IMG/VR virus record: IMGVR_UViG_3300025128_008688
DNA from: an uncultured virus (IMG/VR IMGVR_UViG_3300025128_008688)
Taxonomy: Duplodnaviria > Heunggongvirae > Uroviricota > Caudoviricetes
Direction: 5' to 3' (one strand)
Length of the DNA: 64,000 nucleotides
Shown: positions 58,111-64,000 of the stretch, in pieces
Layout: every line of letters begins with the position of its first letter
Position numbering within the stretch: the stretch's first letter is position 1
Translations under genes and position numbers: made by a program
Notes under the pieces: model-generated
Told to the model about the DNA's origin: nothing
The model's input: the letters and a program-made list of their open reading frames with translations, nothing else
Database searches by the model: none

Positions 58111-60198
58111 TTAATTATTTTTGTTTATAGCTCTGAACACAGAAGAGTCTATGCTCTGCGCCCATTCAGGACCTATGTACATCCCCTGCTGAGTAGTGGA
58201 TGGGGTGTCTGAACCAACCACCATCCCTATCGTATTATATGTCGGAGCCGGTAGAGCTCTGTGGATAGTTCTAGCTATCATATTAGCTATGACGATAGCA
58301 CTATAACGGTCTTTTCTCATTCTGCCCTTCTTACCTGTACCTAGCTTTATTTCGGGCGTAGACCATCTTTCTCGACCTGCATTTGTGACTGTCATAACAA
58401 TCGTAGATAGCTCATCTTTAAGTTCTTCGACTTCCATCACAGCGTCCTCAAGTGTGTCATAGAGCCTTAGAGCTGTGCTCTCTCCAATCTTTTCCTTGAT
58501 CTCTTTAAATGCGATCTTGTCCTTCTCTGTCATCAAGCTTAGAGTGAGAGTATCGAATCTGGGGAATAGTAAAACCTTATCCTCCAAGTCTTTTCTAAGC
58601 CCATGATTGGCCTGAGATGTCCACTTAGCACTAGCAAAGTTAACTAGATCTAAGATATGGTCACCTGCCATAGCGTCTGTATCTTTAGTTTTGCCATCTT
58701 CTATTATTTCATATATAGGTCTTTCGCCCGGTTTAAGCTTATCTAAGTCTCTTAAAGATTCAGCTATTGTGAAACCTCCCCCCTGAGAGTCTATTCCAAG
58801 TCTTACGCAAGGGAATGATCTCATTAGGTCTCTGATCTTTCGAGCGCAGAAAGAATAGTAATCATGCGCATCAGTAAGTCCTATCTTCTTTCGTCCAGCA
58901 AAATCCTTCTTGTTAGTTGTCCATCCGTATACAACCCTCTGATGCTCTGGGTGAAGCTCTAATACTACGACCGCAAAATTATCTTGTTCGGAAGCTGGGT
59001 CAACGCCTATAACATACCTTTTATTTGGATCTCCCTTTGTCATGACATCAAAGGCATCAGGACACCAATCGGGCCAGTTATGACCTCCTACATTTGAATC
59101 GCTAGCAACGCAAGCATGTATCAAACTCCTTTTAAAGAAGCCTTGGCTATCAGACGTAAAACAAGCGCCATATTCCATTTGGTAAATGCCGTTATGCATC
59201 GTAGCCCTAGAGCGAGCTACCTGCTGGTCATCCATAAAGCCTTCAGGTATAATTTCATAAGGTACTCTTATAATCGAAAAGGATTTCCAATTCAACCTTT
59301 TCATGTAGTCAGGTATCTCATCATCGCCTTCTTCCGATTCTTCCTTTGACTTATTCCTTGCCTTACCAGAGGTTCCCCTGTTTATTATTGTAGATTTATA
59401 TTTTCTCCAATATTCAGCATATGGTTCAAAGTCATATCCAGCAGTTCCAGCTATGATAGACTGGTTAGCGGAGCGATCTTCATACTGAGATTCTTGAGCC
59501 TCATTCCAGACGCCCTGCTCTTTCATTTTCTTTCTTCTAGCTGCGTCCTTTACGTTCTGAGTAGGATTGCTAGAAACAGCAGCGAAACCAGCAACAACAG
59601 TCTCATAAATGTGAGTAGGGATAGAGTTAAATTCGTCGGCAATAATTGTATGTGCTCGTAAACCTCTAATCTTATTTCCATCACCCAGAGGAACAGCCAT
59701 GGCCCAACTATCATTGACCTTCATAGTGCAGCGGTCAACATCTCTTCTCGGCCCACTTGAATCTGTACAGATACTTTGTAAGATAGGGGCGTTTCTCCAA
59801 ATGCTATCCATATATTCAAAGATAACCTTCGACTGCCTGAACGCAGCGCCTACGATGACTATCTTAGTTCCGGGCACAAGAGTTGTCTTAAGAAGACAAT
59901 ATACCGAAAGCAGAAAAGACTTACCAAAACCACGAGATGCAATATACATAGGAAACGGTCGTCTCCAAAGCTCTCTAAGTATACATGTTTGTATTGGTAG
60001 TAGTTCTATGCCTAAGAGCGTCTTGACAGTCCAGTGAAAGTATTCTGGATCTCTCATTTTTTTAAGTACATATAAGTGGAAATCGTTCCTGTCTTTGTCG
60101 CTCAGGTTAGAGAGAGGCCTTTCTATTGAGCTGAGGTCATTCTCATCTAATCCTAACCAAGCATTCTCATATGCATTTATATCAATGTTGGAGTTCAT
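58111..60198 (-). CDS. terminase large subunit
   Basis: ASRGFGKS Walker A, IRGLRAHTIIADEF Walker B, IGVDPA and RKDRYSA nuclease motifs. Confidence 0.92.
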   Translation of the reverse strand: MNSNIDINAYENAWLGLDENDLSSIERPLSNLSDKDRNDFHLYVLKKMRDPEYFHWTVKTLLGIELLPIQTCILRELWRRPFPMYIASRGFGKSFLLSVYCLLKTTLVPGTKIVIVGAAFRQSKVIFEYMDSIWRNAPILQSICTDSSGPRRDVDRCTMKVNDSWAMAVPLGDGNKIRGLRAHTIIADEFNSIPTHIYETVVAGFAAVSSNPTQNVKDAARRKKMKEQGVWNEAQESQYEDRSANQSIIAGTAGYDFEPYAEYWRKYKSTIINRGTSGKARNKSKEESEEGDDEIPDYMKRLNWKSFSIIRVPYEIIPEGFMDDQQVARSRATMHNGIYQMEYGACFTSDSQGFFKRSLIHACVASDSNVGGHNWPDWCPDAFDVMTKGDPNKRYVIGVDPASEQDNFAVVVLELHPEHQRVVYGWTTNKKDFAGRKKIGLTDAHDYYSFCARKIRDLMRSFPCVRLGIDSQGGGFTIAESLRDLDKLKPGERPIYEIIEDGKTKDTDAMAGDHILDLVNFASAKWTSQANHGLRKDLEDKVLLFPRFDTLTLSLMTEKDKIAFKEIKEKIGESTALRLYDTLEDAVMEVEELKDELSTIVMTVTNAGRERWSTPEIKLGTGKKGRMRKDRYSAIVIANMIARTIHRALPAPTYNTIGMVVGSDTPSTTQQGMYIGPEWAQSIDSSVFRAINKNN

Positions 60199-60655
60199 GG
60201 ACTTTCCTCATTATATAGAACGCAACTTCCTCGGCTCTCTTCTTGTCTCCACAAGCTATAACATGTATTCCATACTGAAGCCTAGCTGTAGAAATAACTC
60301 TATTGATGTACTTGCCCTTTATTTTTATACTGCTCCACTTTGACCTAGGAACACTAGAGCCCTCTGGATATCTTTCTATATCTGACCAGCTAAACTCTAA
60401 GATTAAAAAAGCATAAGGAAAAGTAGACATTCTCTCCAATTCTTTATGGAATCTTTTTTCGCTACAGTTTCCTGCTAACTCGGATACACTTTCTTTTCTC
60501 TCTATGCATAAGACGTGTTCCATCCCTTCAATAGCATAGTCACCTATCTCGACCTTGGCTTTAGTGGTTCCGGAACAATAAGCGTTCTCGTCATACCACC
60601 AGCCATGGCCTTGTTTCTCCCTAGTGTCACGAATGACTTGAAATCTATTGCTCAT
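60182..60655 (-). CDS. ERCC4-domain nuclease
   Basis: IRDTREK, GDY, CIERK. Confidence 0.8.
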   Translation of the reverse strand: MSNRFQVIRDTREKQGHGWWYDENAYCSGTTKAKVEIGDYAIEGMEHVLCIERKESVSELAGNCSEKRFHKELERMSTFPYAFLILEFSWSDIERYPEGSSVPRSKWSSIKIKGKYINRVISTARLQYGIHVIACGDKKRAEEVAFYIMRKVHELQH

Positions 60656-60989
60656 CTTCTTTCTTCTTTATTCTCTGAATGGCGTCCCACTCTAGTATTT
60701 TAAAGAAGAAGCTTTCATAAACCTCTTCGTTATTTTTTATTGCATCATGGCATTTCTTGCATAATGTAATACCGTTTGTTACATCATATCTCATAGAAGG
60801 GTGACTAGCCCACTTCTTAATATGATGAACATGCAATTTACTTTTTGAACCACATCCCGGATACTTACACACATTGCCATCCCTCTTACGCACTTCTTTT
60901 CTAAAATTAGCATAAGCAGGGTCGTCATAGTTTCTGGAATTGTTATAGTTCGAGCGAAAATTCTTTCTCTTCTTCGGCATCAAGATCAC
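60645..60989 (-). CDS. HNH endonuclease (terminase-associated type)
   Basis: RDGNVCKYPGC..LHVHHI..NGITLCKKCH. Confidence 0.85.
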   Translation of the reverse strand: MILMPKKRKNFRSNYNNSRNYDDPAYANFRKEVRKRDGNVCKYPGCGSKSKLHVHHIKKWASHPSMRYDVTNGITLCKKCHDAIKNNEEVYESFFFKILEWDAIQRIKKKEDEQ

Positions 60990-62058
60990 TTTCTAACATT
61001 CTCTGTACTAAGTTCTCAAATGAGACCTCAGGATTCCAACCAAGCGTCTTTCTTGCTTTAGAGGGCTCTCCCTTGAGGTATTCCACTTCTGCTGGTCTAT
61101 AGAACTCGGGATCTATTACAACGAATTCTGAGTAGTTATCAATCTCAAAATATTCAAAAGCATGAACTAAAAAGTCATGGACGCTGTGTGTTTCTCCAGT
61201 AGCTATTACATAGTCGTCAGGCTCGTCCTGCTGCAGCATAAGCCACATTGCTTTAACATAGTCCTCAGCATGCCCCCAGTCTCTAAATGCGTGCAGATTG
61301 CCTAGACGGAGCTTAGGGAACTCAGATCTTCTTGAGTGGATATGATCATCATCAAAAAAGAAATGTCTCGAATCAAGATCAAGGCCTTGGTCAAATGCCC
61401 ACTTGGCAAAAGCAGCTAGCCATTTAGTTATCTTTCTAGTAACGAAGTTCTCACCTCTTCGTTCGCTCTCGTGGTTAAATAATATTCCACATGAAGAGTG
61501 AAGGCCGAAACCTTCTCTATAGATCCGCACCAAATGGTGGGATGCTAGCTTCGCAGCACCATAGGGACTCTGAGGCTCAAAAACCGTTTCTTCATCTTGA
61601 AATTTTTCAGAATTTGAACCATCTTCCGCGTTGGCGACTAGTTCTCCGTCAACCAGAACGTCGTAGTTTTTTCCAAACATTTCACTTGTGCTAGCTTGGT
61701 AAAATCTTGTGGAAGGTGAAAATCGTCTAATTGCCTCAAGGAAATTCACCACCCCTATCGTATTAACTTGGATAGTGTAGTTAGGCTGGTCAAACGATGT
61801 CCCGACATGTGATTGTGCAGCAAGGTTATAAATTTCATCAGGTTGATGTTTATCAACTATAGAATATACAGATCCGCTATCTATAATTTCGAATTCTTCG
61901 ACAGAAAAGAACTCTGAACTTATATGTGATATCCTATCGTGATTAGAAGTGCTTGCTCTGCGCTTAAGACCAACTACCTCATATCCTTTTTCTAATAGCA
62001 GTTCTGCTAGAAAAGACCCATCCTGACCGGTAATGCCAGTTATTAAAGCTTTCCTCAC
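60943..62058 (-). CDS. gmd: GDP-mannose 4,6-dehydratase
   Basis: ALITGITGQDGS, NLAAQSHV, YQASTSEMFG, SPYGAAK, LFNHESERRG, RDWGHA. Confidence 0.95.
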   Translation of the reverse strand: MRKALITGITGQDGSFLAELLLEKGYEVVGLKRRASTSNHDRISHISSEFFSVEEFEIIDSGSVYSIVDKHQPDEIYNLAAQSHVGTSFDQPNYTIQVNTIGVVNFLEAIRRFSPSTRFYQASTSEMFGKNYDVLVDGELVANAEDGSNSEKFQDEETVFEPQSPYGAAKLASHHLVRIYREGFGLHSSCGILFNHESERRGENFVTRKITKWLAAFAKWAFDQGLDLDSRHFFFDDDHIHSRRSEFPKLRLGNLHAFRDWGHAEDYVKAMWLMLQQDEPDDYVIATGETHSVHDFLVHAFEYFEIDNYSEFVVIDPEFYRPAEVEYLKGEPSKARKTLGWNPEVSFENLVQRMLESDLDAEEEKEFSLEL

Positions 62059-62880
62059 TTATTCATCCTCCTCATCTTTGACTGTGTCAGCATTAAGGAA
62101 CGGCTGGTCTACTCCTCCATCCTCAAACGTATGGTAGTCAGACAGTGCCTTCAACGCTTTATTTGCGGCAAGCCTATTGATTTCCATACTCTCTTCCTCA
62201 CGCTTACGAAACTGTTCATCATCAAGTTGTTTTAACCAAGCTGAAAAGTTTGTCTTTGCGTCAGCTGCATTTCGCTTACGCTGTTCTCTTGTCCCCTTCA
62301 AATCTTTTAGGAGACGCTCCTTCTTTGTCAGTAACTTCTCATGTTCATTAATATAAGCAGACTTACTAGCCATCGCAGCACCTAATTGCGTCTGGAAACT
62401 AGCGATAGCCTGAGTGTCTTGCATATCTGTAGGTTTTCTTATTTCATCTTCGATAAGTTGGTTTAGTCGTGACACATTTTGGAGAACCTCTTGCCGATCT
62501 TCCATTCCACGATTAATTAAAACCTCAGTCCTGATAACCTCTAGAATTTGCATCTCTTCTGTATGAGTAACATCCTCTGAGAACTGACGATAATAGTCAA
62601 TCCACTGATGTTCAAAGAAAATCAACTCAGAATCATGAAATTGTTTTCTTAATTCATTATAATAATATCTTTTTCTAAGATTAATAAGAAGATGCTCTTC
62701 ATCTGTTAAATCGCGCGCCTTTAAATTTTCCTTATCAATGAACTTATTAATAGGACCCGTAGTCCTGTTCAAAGTTTCCGCTATTTCTTCAATAGATAAA
62801 TCAAAACAGTTTTGCCTAATATAGTCCATCTCCCCGTTGGAAAGTTTACCACGTTTCCTTGTCAATATTATGCTCCTCAA
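62059..62880 (-). CDS. HTH + coiled-coil protein, possible terminase small subunit
   Basis: LSIEEIAETLNR HTH, long helical part, upstream of the packaging genes; start uncertain. Confidence 0.4.
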   Translation of the reverse strand: MRSIILTRKRGKLSNGEMDYIRQNCFDLSIEEIAETLNRTTGPINKFIDKENLKARDLTDEEHLLINLRKRYYYNELRKQFHDSELIFFEHQWIDYYRQFSEDVTHTEEMQILEVIRTEVLINRGMEDRQEVLQNVSRLNQLIEDEIRKPTDMQDTQAIASFQTQLGAAMASKSAYINEHEKLLTKKERLLKDLKGTREQRKRNAADAKTNFSAWLKQLDDEQFRKREEESMEINRLAANKALKALSDYHTFEDGGVDQPFLNADTVKDEEDE

Positions 62881-63442
62881 CTATTAAGTTTATTTCCTCT
62901 AGCAATCTAGTTCTTCTATTTTTAGAAAGCTTTAAATTGTTAATAAATCTTATCCAGTCCTCTCGTAAAGAAACCGGAAGCGCTATATCTATTATCTCAA
63001 ATACTTCCTTCGTAAATAAAGTACTAAAGAAGCTTTCATTGTGTTCGTTTTGTTCAAATTCTAATGTAACTGATTTCATTAGGCTTTTCTTAGCGTTGTT
63101 GCGTTGACACCACCCTTTATATAGTGCACACTCATCTTGTCTATCAAAAGCTAGGCATTTCTGATTTCTAAAGAACTCACATGTATCACATGGTTTCTCT
63201 GGTCTGGAATAATTGTTCCTCTTAAAGTTATAGAGACGATTTCTTACATGTGTCCAGAGAAAATTCTCAAGTGGTCTCTTTTCATCATACTTTTCTAGAC
63301 CTTCCCAAGCAAATAGACTTGCCTGCTGCTTAATATCATCTACTTCATGATAACCAAAACGAAATTTTCTACAAAGTCTTGTAGCAACTCTCTCTATGGT
63401 CTCTATGACTTCTTCCTCAGTCATGTTAGAAGGAATGTGCAA
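62846..63442 (-). CDS. sigma-70-family sigma factor (candidate late sigma)
   Basis: DDIKQQASLFAWEGLEKYDEKRPLENFLWTHVRNRLYN (region 2), with a CDTC..C..C insert. Confidence 0.7.
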   Translation of the reverse strand: MHIPSNMTEEEVIETIERVATRLCRKFRFGYHEVDDIKQQASLFAWEGLEKYDEKRPLENFLWTHVRNRLYNFKRNNYSRPEKPCDTCEFFRNQKCLAFDRQDECALYKGWCQRNNAKKSLMKSVTLEFEQNEHNESFFSTLFTKEVFEIIDIALPVSLREDWIRFINNLKLSKNRRTRLLEEINLIVEEHNIDKETW

Positions 63443-63443
63443 A

Positions 63444-63590
63444 TTAATCCTCTAGATTCTCTAAAAGCTCTTCAATATCTTTTTCCTCTGACGCATTAGC
63501 TAACTCTTCTTGAACTTCTTGGTCCAGCTCCTCAGACGCTGTTACCTTAAGCTCAGACGGCGTTAGCTTTACATTGTCTTTATCTGTCAT
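63444..63590 (-). CDS. small acidic protein (48 aa; not in the ORF track)
   Basis: ATG 63590 to TAA 63444, MTDKDNVKLTPSELKVTASEELDQEVQEELANASEEKDIEELLENLED; AAGGGA RBS. Confidence 0.55.
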   Translation of the reverse strand: MTDKDNVKLTPSELKVTASEELDQEVQEELANASEEKDIEELLENLED

Positions 63591-63630
63591 AAAACTTTCC
63601 CTTTACATGAAACAATTTTCTGTTATAGGT

Positions 63631-63650
63631 TATATAATATTATATACACG
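63631..63650. promoter_or_regulatory. divergent promoter core: 16-bp palindrome TATATAATATTATATA plus GTGTA motif
   Basis: perfect palindrome 63631-63646 giving TATAAT on both strands between divergent genes. Confidence 0.55.
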
Positions 63651-63674
63651 AAAGACCACTTTTAGGGGATTAAA

Positions 63675-63884
63675 ATGAACATAAAATGGACAGAAGAAGA
63701 CAAGCAGTTCGTTATAGATAACTCAAAGTACATGAAAGATAAAGAAGTTGCTGAAAAGTTAAGCGAACAGGCTGGTAGAAAGGTCTCTCTTGACGCTGTT
63801 AGAAAGATGAGACAAAAACTAGGCATAAAAAAGAAACAAGGTCGAGGTATATGCGGAGTTATAGATAATGAACAAGGAAGATAA
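63675..63884 (+). CDS. small HTH/Myb-like DNA-binding protein
   Basis: KWTEEDKQF..KEVAEKL..AVRKMRQKLGI. Confidence 0.65.
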   Translation: MNIKWTEEDKQFVIDNSKYMKDKEVAEKLSEQAGRKVSLDAVRKMRQKLGIKKKQGRGICGVIDNEQGR

Positions 63885-64000
63885 GAAAAAGTTGGTGGAC
63901 AGCTACAAGTATTGGTGGCATTCTATTGACTTTGGAGACGGGGTTTGGTCGGATGGAGAGAAGGCAGACTGTTTACCCGTAGAGAAAAGGATGATAAGTG
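63868..64000 (+). CDS. partial CDS, possibly a methyltransferase (truncated by window end)
   Basis: MNKEDKKKLVDSYKYWWHSIDFGDGVWSDG; WxHxIDxGxG is seen at the N-termini of some SAM methyltransferases. Confidence 0.35.
   Translation, partial: MNKEDKKKLVDSYKYWWHSIDFGDGVWSDGEKADCLPVEKRMIS

Overview
AT-rich 64-kb segment of a large tailed dsDNA phage genome with two convergent arms meeting at a terminator near 24.95 kb. The + arm (1-24907) carries recombination and replication genes (RecA/UvsX-like, UvsY-like, DnaB, primase, dNMP kinase, Cas4/RecB-like nuclease, DnaE split over two genes, DEDDh exonuclease), a small sigma factor and a glycosyl-/nucleotidyltransferase cluster. The - arm (63590 to 24959) carries a second sigma factor, Gmd, terminase, portal, protease/scaffold, capsid, neck/tail genes, tape measure, a 2713-aa Cys-rich repeat tail protein, and sulfo-/methyltransferases. 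The most unusual element is a ~70-nt structured RNA motif that I do not recognise, present in three diverged copies (2815-2884, 10073-10144, 10149-10225). All three helices (P1, P2 and a loop-to-tail pseudoknot) differ in sequence between copies but keep their pairing, and the linker is 12 nt in every copy. Two copies lie in tandem over the 3' end of a solo TnpB/Cas12f-like gene with a non-canonical RuvC triad (D/D/H). The third copy's pseudoknot would sequester the Shine-Dalgarno of a nuclease gene. A recurrent GGTGTA motif upstream of structural genes is a candidate promoter for a phage sigma factor. No tRNA, rRNA or CRISPR array was seen. All calls are by eye from motifs; no database searches were run.
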